A stretch of 64,000 nt of DNA from Chloroflexota bacterium (GTDB taxonomy: Bacteria; Chloroflexota; Limnocylindria; P2-11E). The notes under the pieces were generated by a model. The model ran no database searches, was not told where the DNA came from, and saw only the letters and a program-made list of their open reading frames with translations. Where the stretch lies: positions 28,616-92,615 of the forward strand of contig DAIDAP010000011.1 in the NCBI GenBank assembly GCA_027310565.1, given 5' to 3'. How positions within the stretch are numbered: the stretch's first letter is position 1; each line of letters opens with the position of its first letter. Both the position numbers and the translations under genes were made by a program. Positions 9,883 through 23,141 of this stretch are shown here, piece by piece.

Positions 9883-10419
9883 CTAGCGGGCGATCCGCGC
9901 GAGCCCGCGCCACATGTCGATCGGCCCGTTCGGGCTCCCGCCGCCGAGCCCGTGGCCGCCGAGCGTGAGCGCGATCTCGCCGCAGTGGTACGCGTCGTGG
10001 GTGACCAGACGCCAGAGCACCGACTGGCGCGTGTGCATCTGCACCTCGTCGCCGCGCACGCGCGGCGCCTCGTCGGCGAGCATCCCCGGTGTCCAGGTCT
10101 CGAGGCACCGGGCGACGATGCGCCACGACGAATCGAGCGCGCGCACGAGCTCGTCGGCGCGGCGCGGGTGCGCGAGGTCGTCCTCCCAGCCCGTCTGCGG
10201 ATCGGTGAACGGCGTCGTCTCGAGGCCCGGCTCCTTGAAGACGTGGCAGAGCCAGTACACCCGCGCGCCCGCGATGTGCGACGCGCTCGCCCAGATCGGC
10301 CAGGCCGCCGAGCCGACCGGGAGGCCGAGCTGCTGCGGCGTGAGCGGCGCGAGCGCACCGGCGAGGCGCTCGTTCAGCAGCGCCCAGCCGTCATAGAAGG
10401 GAGCGAGGCCGGCTGACAG
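9883..10419 (-). CDS. DinB family protein
   Basis: Frame extends upstream of the ORF-track start: FYDGW...LTPQQL...IWASASHIAGARVYW...RLVTHDAYHCGEI. Candidate CTG start at 10419. Confidence 0.8.
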   Translation of the reverse strand: MSAGLAPFYDGWALLNERLAGALAPLTPQQLGLPVGSAAWPIWASASHIAGARVYWLCHVFKEPGLETTPFTDPQTGWEDDLAHPRRADELVRALDSSWRIVARCLETWTPGMLADEAPRVRGDEVQMHTRQSVLWRLVTHDAYHCGEIALTLGGHGLGGGSPNGPIDMWRGLARIAR

Positions 10420-10428
10420 ACCCCGATC

Positions 10429-11292
10429 CTACCGCCCGTCGCGCAGCGTCGAGCCGAGCAGGACCCCGTTCGCCCAGTAGGCTCCGCTCGGGCCGGCGGG
10501 GAGCACGTCGAACGTGGCACCTCCGTCGTACGGCACGCGCTCCGCGGCCACGACACGCGCACCGTCGAGCGCGTCACCGGCGCGCAGGTCCCCGACGCGC
10601 CGTCCGTCGGCGGTCGGGTGACCGGGAGAGGCGACCACGGACCGTCCGTCGTCGAGCGTGATGCGCACGACCTCGTGCTCCGGCGGGACCGGCGTGCTGC
10701 CGACCGCGACGAGCGGCGCCGCCACGCGCGCGCCCCGCTCGTCGGGCGTCCACACGACGTCGCCGACGCGCAGGTCCTCGACGGCGACCTCGCCCGACGG
10801 CGTCGCGATGCGGGTGCCGCGCGCGAGGCAGATGGGGCAGAGGAGCGGACCGGCGTCGGTCCGCTTCGTGACCGTGACGCTGCCGAAGAGATCGACGGTG
10901 CCCGCGACCCGCGTCCCGCTCTGCTTCGGCGACGCGCCGCCGGCGCGATAGTCGAACGACCACGTCCGCGCCGTCGAGGGCGTGAGTACGAGCGCCTCGA
11001 GCGCCTTCCATTCGCGGTAGACGGCGAGCTCGTCGGTGCCGACGCGGGCGGTGATCGCCGCGTACGTCGCGGCGTCGGCGCGGATCGCGCCGATCTTCGC
11101 GCGTGCGAGGTCGCGCTCGTCGTCGCGGGCGACCGGGTAGAAGTCGCGGTCGCAGAACTCGATGCGGCCGCCGGCGTCCATGACGCGGTACTTGAGCTCC
11201 GCCTGCGGCAGGGGCGAGGGTGCCGGGGTCGGGCTCGCGGCCGCGCCGCCGCAGGCGGCGACGAGGACGGCGGCCGCGACGAGCACGCGCAC
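10429..11292 (-). CDS. Lipoprotein with C-terminal Hint (intein/Hedgehog-like) domain
   Basis: Signal peptide with lipobox VAAC. Hint block A CLARGTRIATPSG, VEDLRVGD, block B ASPGHP, C-terminal TFDVLP...YWANGVLLGSTL. Alternative start ATG 11334. Confidence 0.88.
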   Translation of the reverse strand: MRVLVAAAVLVAACGGAAASPTPAPSPLPQAELKYRVMDAGGRIEFCDRDFYPVARDDERDLARAKIGAIRADAATYAAITARVGTDELAVYREWKALEALVLTPSTARTWSFDYRAGGASPKQSGTRVAGTVDLFGSVTVTKRTDAGPLLCPICLARGTRIATPSGEVAVEDLRVGDVVWTPDERGARVAAPLVAVGSTPVPPEHEVVRITLDDGRSVVASPGHPTADGRRVGDLRAGDALDGARVVAAERVPYDGGATFDVLPAGPSGAYWANGVLLGSTLRDGR

Positions 11293-11394
11293 ACCCGTGG
11301 AACGATGGCGGTCCGGTGCGGTTCCCACGCTCATCAGACGCCGCATCGTACGGCCGTTCTCCGGCCGGGTACGGCGCTTGCTCTGGCGCTCCCC

Positions 11395-11760
11395 ATGGCG
11401 GCACAGCGGTTCGGGCGCCCGGTGCTCGTGGTCGACGACGACGCGGACGTCCGCGACGCGGAAAGGCAGGCGCTCGCGGAGGACGGCTTCCGCGTCGTCG
11501 AGGCGCGCGACGGCGAGGAGGCGATGCGCGCGGTGCGGAACGATCCGCCGGCCGTCGTCGTGCTCGACGCGCGGATGCCCGGTGTCGACGGCCCGGCCTT
11601 CGCGCGGTCGCTGCGCGCGGCGCTGCGGCGCGTCCCGCTCGTCATCCTCACCGCCGGCGATCCCCGCCGCGAGGCCGATCGCTGCAACGCCGAGGCGTAC
11701 CTGGCGAAGCCGTTCGACCCGCAGGAGCTGGTGCGGGTCGTGCGGCGCTTCGCGTCCTGA
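11395..11760 (+). CDS. Single-domain response regulator (receiver only)
   Basis: VLVVDDD, VVLDARMP, LTA, AKPF motifs. Confidence 0.9.
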   Translation: MAAQRFGRPVLVVDDDADVRDAERQALAEDGFRVVEARDGEEAMRAVRNDPPAVVVLDARMPGVDGPAFARSLRAALRRVPLVILTAGDPRREADRCNAEAYLAKPFDPQELVRVVRRFAS

Positions 11761-11776
11761 GTCGTATCCTCGCGGC

Positions 11777-12730
11777 GTGCCCGCGCGGCTGCTGGTGAAG
11801 GACGGTGCGAGCGTCGCGGATCGTCCGCCCGAAGAGCTCTCGGAGCTGCGCGATCGGCCCTGCTGGCTCGACATCGCCGACCCCGAGAGCGCCGACCTCG
11901 CGCTCGCCGCCGACGAGCTCCAGCTGCATCCGCTCGCCGTCGAGGACGCGCGCAACCGGCATCAGCGGCCGAAGATCGACGCGTACGACGACCATTACTT
12001 CATCGTCGTCTACGCCCTCGACGAGCCGAGCCCCGGCGTGATCCGCCAGCGCGAGCTCTCGATCTTCGTGAAGCGGAACGCCGTGGTCACGGTCCACGAG
12101 GGCGAGCTGCCGGCGCTGCGGCTGGTGGAGCGGCGCTTCCGCGAGGGCAAGCTCGCGACGACCGGGCTCGTGCTGCACGCCCTGCTCGACACCATCGTCG
12201 ACGAGTATTTCGACATCCTCGACGGCCTCGGCGACCGCGTCGAGCTGCTCGAGCAGATGGTCATCGGCGGCGACCAGCGCGACTACGACGCCTCCATCCG
12301 TGAGCTCTTCACGCTCAAGCGCGACCTCGTCGCGATCAGGAAGGTCGTCGCGCCCGTGCGCGACGTCGCGGCGGCCCTCGTGCGCGGCGACATCGAGGAG
12401 CTGCGCGAGCCCGGGCGGCGCGCCTACTACCAGGACCTCTACGACCACGTCCTCCGCGTCACCGACGAGGTGGACACGTTCCGCGACCTCGTCTCCAACG
12501 TGATCGACGCCCACCTCGCCTCCGTCTCGAACCGGCTCAACGAGGTCATGAAGGTGCTCACGAGCGTCGCGACGGTCCTGCTCGTGCTCACCGTGGTCAC
12601 CGGGTTCTTCGGTCAGAACTGGGCGCTCATCCCGTACGAGGACCCGACCGTCTTCTGGCTGGTCATGGTCGCCACGGCGGCCCTCGCGGTGGCGACGGCG
12701 TCCTACTTCCGCCGGCGCGGCTGGCTCTGA
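11777..12730 (+). CDS. corA: CorA family divalent cation transporter
   Basis: LHPLAVED, QRPKID, NRLNEVMKVLT, TGFFGQN (GMN variant), two C-terminal TM helices. GTG start 6 nt after TATCCT. Confidence 0.9.
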   Translation: MPARLLVKDGASVADRPPEELSELRDRPCWLDIADPESADLALAADELQLHPLAVEDARNRHQRPKIDAYDDHYFIVVYALDEPSPGVIRQRELSIFVKRNAVVTVHEGELPALRLVERRFREGKLATTGLVLHALLDTIVDEYFDILDGLGDRVELLEQMVIGGDQRDYDASIRELFTLKRDLVAIRKVVAPVRDVAAALVRGDIEELREPGRRAYYQDLYDHVLRVTDEVDTFRDLVSNVIDAHLASVSNRLNEVMKVLTSVATVLLVLTVVTGFFGQNWALIPYEDPTVFWLVMVATAALAVATASYFRRRGWL

Positions 12731-12752
12731 CTTCGGGTACACTCGCTCTGCC

Positions 12753-13079
12753 TTGGCCGCACCCCGCCCCCCGGGTGGAGCGCGATCGAACGCGGCGATC
12801 CTGGGCCAGGTCGGAATCACTGTTGCGGTCCCCATCGCCATAGGTGCCTGGCTCGGCCTGAAGGTCGACGAAGCGGCCGGCACCTCACCGTGGGGACTGC
12901 TGAGTTTGGTATTCCTCGGGATGGCCGTGGCGGGTCTCGGCGTGTGGGTGCTCATCAGGCGATTCACCGAAGAGAATCCGATCCGGCCGTCGACGGAGCG
13001 GGCCCGCGCGGCGGGCCGCCGGTGGGAGGGCGAGATCGCCGAACGCGAGCGCAAGCGGGATGAGGGGGAGGTCGAGTAG
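12753..13079 (+). CDS. AtpZ/AtpI family ATP synthase accessory protein
   Basis: Two TM helices (GAWLGLKVD...GTSPWG); first gene of atp operon. Confidence 0.8.
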   Translation: MAAPRPPGGARSNAAILGQVGITVAVPIAIGAWLGLKVDEAAGTSPWGLLSLVFLGMAVAGLGVWVLIRRFTEENPIRPSTERARAAGRRWEGEIAERERKRDEGEVE

Positions 13080-14190
<1,111 letters not shown>

Positions 14191-14193
14191 GCG

Positions 14194-14727
14194 ATGCGGT
14201 TCGCGCCGCTCCTCCAGGAGAACAACCCGTTCGCGCTGACGGTGGATCCGTACTGGATCCTCGTCTCGATCGTCCAGTTCCTCGTCCTGCTGTGGCTGCT
14301 GCGCCGGTTCCTCTGGGGCCCGGTGATGAAGACGCTCGACGACCGCGCCCGCCGCATCCGCGAAGGGCTGGACATGGCCGAGGCGGCCAAGGCCGAGCGC
14401 GAGCGGATGACGCAGGAGGTGGCGGATCTCCTCGCGCAGGCGCGCCGCGACGCGGGCGAGCTCGCCGAGCGGACGACGAAGGCCGCCGAGGCCGCGGCCG
14501 CGCAGATCCGCGCGGAGGCCCAGGCCGAGGCGGAGCGGATCCGCGAGCGCGGCCGCGCCGACGCGCGCTCGCTCCACGACCAGGCCCTGGCCCAGCTGCG
14601 CGGCGAGGTGGCGTCGATGGTCGTCGCCGCCGCGAGCCGCATCCTCGGCCGCGAGGTCACGGCCGAGCAGCACCGCGCGCTCATCGAGCGCTCCCTCGAC
14701 GAGGCCGGCCGGGAGCTCAGACACTGA
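14194..14727 (+). CDS. atpF: F0 subunit b
   Basis: N-terminal TM, FLWGPV, LDDR, coiled coil. Confidence 0.95.
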   Translation: MRFAPLLQENNPFALTVDPYWILVSIVQFLVLLWLLRRFLWGPVMKTLDDRARRIREGLDMAEAAKAERERMTQEVADLLAQARRDAGELAERTTKAAEAAAAQIRAEAQAEAERIRERGRADARSLHDQALAQLRGEVASMVVAAASRILGREVTAEQHRALIERSLDEAGRELRH

Positions 14728-15257
14728 TGCCGCTCACCGGTTCGTCGGCGCGCCGCTACGCCGAGGCGCTCCTCGACTTCGCCGTCCGGGAGGAGGCGAT
14801 CTCCGCGTACCGGGGATCGCTCGAGCGGCTCGCGTCCGCGTTCGGCGCGGAGACGCTGCGCGCGCTCCGCGACCCGCGCGTCTCGCTGGAGCGCCGCCGC
14901 GCGGCGCTCGACACCGCGGCGAGTGGCGAGCCGAACGCCGTCCGTGCCGTGCTCGACCTGCTCCTCGAGCGCGACCGCATCGCGCTCGTGCCGCGGATCT
15001 CGAGGGCGTTCGGCGATCTCGTCGACGAGCGTGAGGGCATCGTGAAGGCGAGGATCACCACCCCGATCGAGCTCGACGAGCGCCAGCGCGCGGAGCTGGT
15101 GCGGCGTCTCGAGCAGGCCACCGGCAAGAAGATCCGCCCGACGTTCGCGGTGGACGGGACGCTCATCGGGGGCGCCCTGGTCCAGATCGGCGACCGGCTC
15201 ATCGACACGACCCTGCGCACGCAGCTGAGCGCGCTGGCCAGGCAGCTGGCGGGATAG
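14727..15257 (+). CDS. atpH: F1 subunit delta
   Basis: ARRYAEAL, LIGG...IGDRLID; TGATG overlap. Confidence 0.95.
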   Translation: MPLTGSSARRYAEALLDFAVREEAISAYRGSLERLASAFGAETLRALRDPRVSLERRRAALDTAASGEPNAVRAVLDLLLERDRIALVPRISRAFGDLVDEREGIVKARITTPIELDERQRAELVRRLEQATGKKIRPTFAVDGTLIGGALVQIGDRLIDTTLRTQLSALARQLAG

Positions 15258-15269
15258 AGGGAGGACGAA

Positions 15270-16855
15270 GTGGCGACGACGTCGTCGGAGATCACCGACA
15301 TCATCAAGGCGCAGATCGCGCGGTTCGAAGGGAAGGCCGAGTCGGTCGACGTCGGCACCGTCGTCGAGGTGGGCGACGGGATCGCGCGCATCCACGGCCT
15401 CGCCGGGTGCATGGCCTCCGAGCTCCTCGACTTCGGGCACGACGTCTTCGGGCTCGCCTTCAACCTCGAGGAGGACACCGTCTCCGCGATCATCCTCGGC
15501 GAGTACCGGGAGATCAAGGAAGGCGGCGAGGTCCGCACGACCGGTCGCATCATCGAGACGCCCGCGGGCGACGAGCTGGTCGGCCGCGTCGTGGACCCCC
15601 TCGGACGGCCGCTCGACGGCAAGGGTCCGATCGTGACGAAGACGGCCCGTCGCATGGACGTGGTCGCGCCGGGCGTCATCACGAGGCAGAACGTGGACAC
15701 GCCGGTCCAGACGGGCATCAAGTCGATCGACGCGATGTTCCCGATCGGACGCGGCCAGCGCGAGCTCATCATCGGCGACCGCCAGACCGGCAAGACCGCC
15801 GTCGCGATCGACACGATCATCAACCAGAAGGGCCAGGATCTCGTCTGCATCTACGTCGCGATCGGGCAGAAGGAGTCCTCGGTCGCGAAGATCGTCGCCA
15901 CGCTCGAGGAGCACGGCGCGATGGAGCACACCATCGTCGTCATCGCCGGCGCGTCGGACCCCGCGACGCTCCAGTACCTCGCGCCGTTCGCCGGCTGCGC
16001 CATGGGCGAGTACTTCCGCGACGCCGGCAGGGACTCGCTCGTCGTGTACGACGACCTCACCAAGCACGCCTGGGCGTACCGGCAGGTCTCGCTCCTGGTG
16101 CGCCGTCCACCCGGCCGCGAGGCCTACCCCGGGGACGTCTTCTACCTGCACTCGCGGCTCCTCGAGCGCGCCGCGCGCATGAACAAGGAGCACGGCGGCG
16201 GGTCGCTCACCGCGCTGCCGGTCATCGAGACGCAGGCGAACGACATCTCCGCGTACATCCCGACGAACGTCATCTCGATCACCGACGGCCAGCTCTTCTT
16301 CGAGGGCGATCTCTTCAACGCGGGGCTGCGCCCGGCGATCAACATCGGCCTGTCGGTGTCGCGCGTGGGCAGCGACGCGCAGCGGAAGGTGATGAGCCGG
16401 TCGGTCCGCGGGATGAGGCTGCAGCTCCAGCAGTACCGCGAGCTCGCCGCGTTCACCCAGTTCGGCGCCGCCGATCTCGACAAGGCGACGCTCCAGCTCC
16501 TGCGGCGCGGCGAGCGGATCCAGGAGATCCTCAAGCAGCCGCAGTACGAGCCGGTCCGCCTCGACCACGAGGTCGCCATCCTGTTCGCCGCGAACCGCGG
16601 CTACCTCGACGACGTGCCGCGTGACCGCTGCGCGGACTTCGAGCGCGACCTGCGCCGCTTCATGGACACTCAGCACAACGCGCTATCGAAGCGCCTCCTC
16701 GAGAAGCCGAACGAGTGGAGCGACGACGTCGAGAAGGCGATCGCGACGATGCTCGACGAGTTCAAGAAGGCGCACAGCTACGCGGAGGCGCCGGCGGCGG
16801 CCGCCGTTCCCGCGGCGAAGCCGGTCCCCGCCGCCGCGGCGGGAGCGTCCCGCTA

Positions 16856-16856
<1 letters not shown>
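15270..16856 (+). CDS. atpA: F1 subunit alpha
   Basis: [39 protein letters not shown]. Confidence 0.98.
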
Positions 16857-19183
<2,327 letters not shown>

Positions 19184-19184
<1 letters not shown>

Positions 19185-19603
19185 TGCCACTCCACCTCGA
19201 GGTCATCACGCCCGAGCAGCGCGTGTACGAGGACGACGTGGACATGGTCATCGCGCCCGGCAGCGAGGGGTACCTCGGGATCCTCCCGCACCACGCGCCG
19301 CTGCTCACGGCCCTCGGGCCGGGCGAGTTCCGCGTGAAGAAGGGGGGCGTCGAGGAGACGCTCGCCGTCTTCGGCGGATTCATGGACGTCCGCGGCGACC
19401 GCGTCGTCGTGCTCACCGACGCGGCCGAGCCGGCGGAGGAGATCGACGCCGAGCGGGCCCGCCAGGCCCGCGAGCGCGCCGAGGAGACGCTCGCGCAGGC
19501 GGCGACGCTCAGCGCGGCCGACGAGGCGCGCGCGCGCGCGGCGCTCCAGCGGGCGCTCGTGCGCATCCGCGTCAGCGAGCGGCGGAGGCGGCGGCCGACC
19601 TAG
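19184..19603 (+). CDS. atpC: F1 subunit epsilon
   Basis: LEVITPE, GILPHHAPL, C-terminal helical hairpin. Confidence 0.96.
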
Positions 19604-19686
19604 CGTGGCGAACGATCGCTCCTGCGGATAGATAGACTGTGGGCGGCGCGCGCCCCGAGGGGACGCGAGCGCGCCGGTGGGTGACG

Positions 19687-20796
19687 GTGAGGGGCCGCGC
19701 GATCCTGGCGATGTCCGCGATCGTGCTCGCCTCGTGCGCGGGCGCGGGAGTCGTACCCGCACCCGCGGCCGCGACGCCGCCGCCGGTCAGCGCGAGCCCG
19801 CAGCCGACATCGGCACCCGTGCCGCCATCCCCGACCGGGATCCGGCTCTACGCGAAGCTGCGGGTGTTCGTCGCGTCGGAGACGACGGATTCGGTGTGGG
19901 TCTACGAGGCCGCGCCCGACGAGGCGTTCGCGCTCGTGAAGAAGATCCCGGTCGCGAGATTCCCGCACCAGGAGGCGGTGTCGCCCGACGGGAAGTACGT
20001 CGTCGTGAACGACCGCCTCGCGAACCTCACCTCGGTCATCGACCCCGTCTCGATGACCGAGCTCGTGCGGCTCCCGGTGGGGAAGCAGCCGCACGGGATC
20101 ACCTTCTCCCCCGACGGGAGGACGCTGTTCGTCGCGAGCGAGCGCGACCCCTCCATCGCGCGCTTCGAGGTCGGCACGTGGCGACCGCTCCCGCCGCTCG
20201 CCGTCGGCGTGCCCCAGCACGTCCTCACGATGAACGCGGCGGCGCCGAACGAGCTGTGGTTCACGGCGACCAACACCGACCAGAGCGATGACCTGCGCGT
20301 CTACGACCTCGGCACGAACAGGATCACCAAGGTCGCGGTGGGGGACGTGCACGACGCGTACTTCACGCCCGACGGGAGCGAGGTGTGGTCGAGCAGCTCG
20401 GGGTTCGTCGACAAGCCGTCCGACCGCATGGTGATCTACGACCCCCTCGCCAAGAGGGTGAAGGCGGAGATCCGCCTGCCCGGGACGTACCCATTCCACA
20501 CCCTCAAGCGGCTCCAGGACGGGATGTACTACCCGGTGGACACCCGTCTCATGGTGCTCTCCGACCACGCCGCGCCGGGACTGCTGTGGGTCGACTGGCG
20601 GGAGCGGACGGTCGTCGCCGAGACGAAGCTCGGGGCGCAGCCCTTCCACACCACCTACGACCCGGAGGGGCGGCGTCTGCTGGTGACGACGAACGTCGAC
20701 GGGATGGTGAACGTCATCGACGTGGCGACGCGGCAGGTCGTGCAGAAGGTGCCCGTCACGAAGGCCCACGGGATCGTCAGCGTCGGCGTCCCCTGA
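19687..20796 (+). CDS. YVTN/YncE-like beta-propeller lipoprotein
   Basis: Lipobox LASC, Pro-rich linker, repeated PH...SPDG blades. Start uncertain (19639/19681/19687). Confidence 0.8.
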   Translation: MRGRAILAMSAIVLASCAGAGVVPAPAAATPPPVSASPQPTSAPVPPSPTGIRLYAKLRVFVASETTDSVWVYEAAPDEAFALVKKIPVARFPHQEAVSPDGKYVVVNDRLANLTSVIDPVSMTELVRLPVGKQPHGITFSPDGRTLFVASERDPSIARFEVGTWRPLPPLAVGVPQHVLTMNAAAPNELWFTATNTDQSDDLRVYDLGTNRITKVAVGDVHDAYFTPDGSEVWSSSSGFVDKPSDRMVIYDPLAKRVKAEIRLPGTYPFHTLKRLQDGMYYPVDTRLMVLSDHAAPGLLWVDWRERTVVAETKLGAQPFHTTYDPEGRRLLVTTNVDGMVNVIDVATRQVVQKVPVTKAHGIVSVGVP

Positions 20797-20852
20797 CGAG
20801 CCGGCGCCGGTCCGCTGACACGGCCGGCGCCGCGACGCCTACGCTTTCACCG

Positions 20853-21329
20853 GTGTTGATGCGCCTGCTCGCGGCCGCCTTCAACCGCGCTCCCGTCCGG
20901 TGGCAGCGGCGCATCCTCGACCGCACCCAGCCCCGCTTCCTCGTCGGCGTGGTGGGGCTCGGCATCGATCCCGACGGCAGGGTCATCCTCGCGCGGCACC
21001 GCTTCGGCGCGCCGCAGTGGCGCCTCCTCGGTGGCTACCTCCACCCGAGGGAGCGGGTCGAGGACGCCCTGCGCCGCGAGATCCGCGAGGAGACCGGGCT
21101 CGAGATCGAGGTCGGTCCGCTCCTCGAGGTGGACACCGGCTTCCGATGGCGGCACGTCGACCTCGTGTACACGTACCGCGTCGCGAGCGGTACGGCGCGC
21201 CTGGACGAGGAGCTCATCGCGCTCGAGCGCTTCGCGCCGGACGACCTGCCGGCGATGCGCGCGGACCAGCGTGGGGTCGTCGAGCGGCATCGGGAGGCGG
21301 CGCTCGCCTGGTCCCGGAGCCGGGCGTGA
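20853..21329 (+). CDS. NUDIX hydrolase
   Basis: GGYLHPRERVEDALRREIREETGL Nudix box. GTG start 7 nt after TACGCT. Confidence 0.88.
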   Translation: MLMRLLAAAFNRAPVRWQRRILDRTQPRFLVGVVGLGIDPDGRVILARHRFGAPQWRLLGGYLHPRERVEDALRREIREETGLEIEVGPLLEVDTGFRWRHVDLVYTYRVASGTARLDEELIALERFAPDDLPAMRADQRGVVERHREAALAWSRSRA

Positions 21330-21709
21330 AGGTCGACCGGATCGATCACGTCGTCCTCACCGTCGCCGACCTCGAGCGCACGATCGCCTTCTACGAGCGG
21401 GCCCTCGGGATGCGCGCGCTCACCTTCGGCGACGGTCGCCGCGCGCTCGCGTTCGGCGACCAGAAGCTGAACCTCCACCAGGCCGGGCATGAGTTCGAGC
21501 CTCACGCGCGCGCGCCGGCGCCCGGCGCGATCGATCTCTGCTTCACCACGGACGTGCCGGTCGAGGAGGTCGCCGCGCGTGTCCGCGTGCTCGGGATCGC
21601 CGTGGAGGCCGGTCCGGTGGCGAAGGCCGGCGCGCGAGCGCCGCTGCGCTCGATCTACTTCCGCGATCCCGACGGCAACCTCATCGAGGTCGCCAACGAA
21701 GTCGCGTAG
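21326..21709 (+). CDS. VOC/glyoxalase family protein
   Basis: IDHVVLTVAD, QKLNLH, DLCF, YFRDPDGNLIE; GTGA overlap. Confidence 0.92.
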   Translation: MKVDRIDHVVLTVADLERTIAFYERALGMRALTFGDGRRALAFGDQKLNLHQAGHEFEPHARAPAPGAIDLCFTTDVPVEEVAARVRVLGIAVEAGPVAKAGARAPLRSIYFRDPDGNLIEVANEVA

Positions 21710-22372
21710 TCAGGGCTTCGCCCTCCCGAGCTTCGCGAGGATCTCCCGCACCTGCACGTAGTGCTCCCACTCGTGCTCGAGGAGGCGTCGCATGACGCGC
21801 CGCGCCGTCCAGGTGCGCCCTCCGATCTCGGTCCGGCGCTCGGTGTCCCGCGGCTCCATCACCGTGAAGCGCTGGAAGACGATGCGGTGGATGGCCTGCA
21901 GCGTGTTGAAGGGGTCGTCCGGCCACGACTCCAGGCGAGAGAGGAGCGATGCCTGCGTGGTCATCATGTGCTCGAGCGTCTGGCGGACGCTCCACGTGTC
22001 GCCGTCCGGCGCGCGCTGCAGCTCCGCCGCCGCGATCCCCCGCACGAGCGCCATGAGCGCGGCGTGCTGTGCCTCGAACACGTGCAGGAAGTCGCGCAGC
22101 TCGTGCTCTTCGACCGGCCCGGTGTCCTCGTCGAGCAGCCCGCCCGCGGGCGCGTCGACCACGGCCAGCGCCTCGGGCGAGATGCCCTTCCAGTGGTCCG
22201 TGGAGACGCCCTGCGCCTCGAGCAGCACGAGATAGGCATGGAACGCCTGCCGCGCGTTCTCCACCGCCTCCTCGCGCGTCTTCCCCGACGCGACGGCGCC
22301 GGGAAGGGCCGGGATCGAGGCGAGGCAGTAGCCCTCGCGCGGGCAGCCGACGTAGATGCGAGCGTCGGTCAC
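21710..22372 (-). CDS. HicB-like N-terminal domain fused to DinB-like domain
   Basis: IPALPGAVASGKTREEAVENA (HicB fold); WSVRQTLEH and RRLLEHEWEH (DinB). GTGA overlap with dtxR-like gene. Confidence 0.78.
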   Translation of the reverse strand: MTDARIYVGCPREGYCLASIPALPGAVASGKTREEAVENARQAFHAYLVLLEAQGVSTDHWKGISPEALAVVDAPAGGLLDEDTGPVEEHELRDFLHVFEAQHAALMALVRGIAAAELQRAPDGDTWSVRQTLEHMMTTQASLLSRLESWPDDPFNTLQAIHRIVFQRFTVMEPRDTERRTEIGGRTWTARRVMRRLLEHEWEHYVQVREILAKLGRAKP

Positions 22373-23022
22373 GCCCCCACCAGCACCTTGTGGCCGCAGT
22401 CGCGTCGCAGCATGCGTTCGGTACCCGCGATCCGGACCCGGACGGCGTCGTCGGTCAGGGAGACGAGCTGAACCACGACGCCCGGCCGCAGGCCCTGTGC
22501 GTCGAGGTACTCGAGGAAGCCGGGCTCGTGCTCGAACTGATCGGGGATGCGCTCGACGGCGGCGCTGTCGCCGGGGCGCAGCGACTCGATCGTCCGCGCC
22601 GGCCGCGCCGCGACGCCCGGCATCGGGTTGCCGTGCGGGCACGTCTGGGGGTCGCCGAGCACGCGCGCCAGCCGCTCCTCCATCTCGGCGCTCATCGAAT
22701 GCTCGATGCGTTCGGCCTCCTCGTGGGTCTTCCACCACTCGTAACCGAGCAGGTCGACGAGCATCCGCTCGGCGAGGCGGTGCCGGCGGGCGATGCGCTC
22801 CGCGATCTCGCGGCCGCGTCCGACCAGCCGGACGTTCTTCCGTTCATCGAGGCTGACCAGCTCGTCGCGCTCGAGGCGGTGGAGCATCTCGGAGACCGCG
22901 GCCGGCGTGACCTGGAGGAACTCGGCGAGCCGGGCGCCGATCGCCTGACCACCCTCGTCTTGGAGCGTGTAGATCGCCTGCAGGTACTCCTCGGAGGCGA
23001 CTGAGGCGCTGGGTATCCTCAA
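22369..23022 (-). CDS. DtxR/MntR family metal-dependent repressor with FeoA domain
   Basis: EEYLQAIY, HTH, RRHRLAE, HEEAERIEH, PQTCPHGNPMP. Confidence 0.94.
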   Translation of the reverse strand: MRIPSASVASEEYLQAIYTLQDEGGQAIGARLAEFLQVTPAAVSEMLHRLERDELVSLDERKNVRLVGRGREIAERIARRHRLAERMLVDLLGYEWWKTHEEAERIEHSMSAEMEERLARVLGDPQTCPHGNPMPGVAARPARTIESLRPGDSAAVERIPDQFEHEPGFLEYLDAQGLRPGVVVQLVSLTDDAVRVRIAGTERMLRRDCGHKVLVGA

Positions 23023-23025
23023 TTG

Positions 23026-23055
23026 TTGACCTCGCAGGTCGGAATTTGCTAGGTT
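23026..23055 (+). promoter_or_regulatory. Sigma70-type promoter for FTR1 gene
   Basis: TTGACC-18 nt-TAGGTT with extended -10 TG. Confidence 0.55.
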
Positions 23056-23070
23056 GGCGCGGCAGGGGCA

Positions 23071-23084
23071 TTAAGCGCGCCTAA
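23071..23084. promoter_or_regulatory. Putative DtxR/MntR-family operator
   Basis: Near-palindrome TTAAGCGCGCCTAA just downstream of the promoter, between divergent regulator and permease. Confidence 0.65.
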
Positions 23085-23141
23085 CGAGGCCTGCCGACGT
23101 CCCGAGTATCCCACTTCGGTGGGACGAGACATGGGGATGAC

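Noticed and set aside
10429-10830. Mobile intein or homing endonuclease
   Set aside because: About 133 aa, no endonuclease, no His-Asn end, not inserted in a conserved host protein.
9883-11292. Hint gene and DinB gene share a frame separated by one TAG (possible readthrough giving a C-extein)
   Set aside because: One-in-three chance. The Hint domain lacks the terminal Asn, an exported lipoprotein fused to cytosolic DinB is implausible, and the TAG doubles as a -10 box for dinB.
12595-12620. CorA GQN instead of GMN
   Set aside because: A variant I recognise in CorA-family proteins; weak evidence of novelty.
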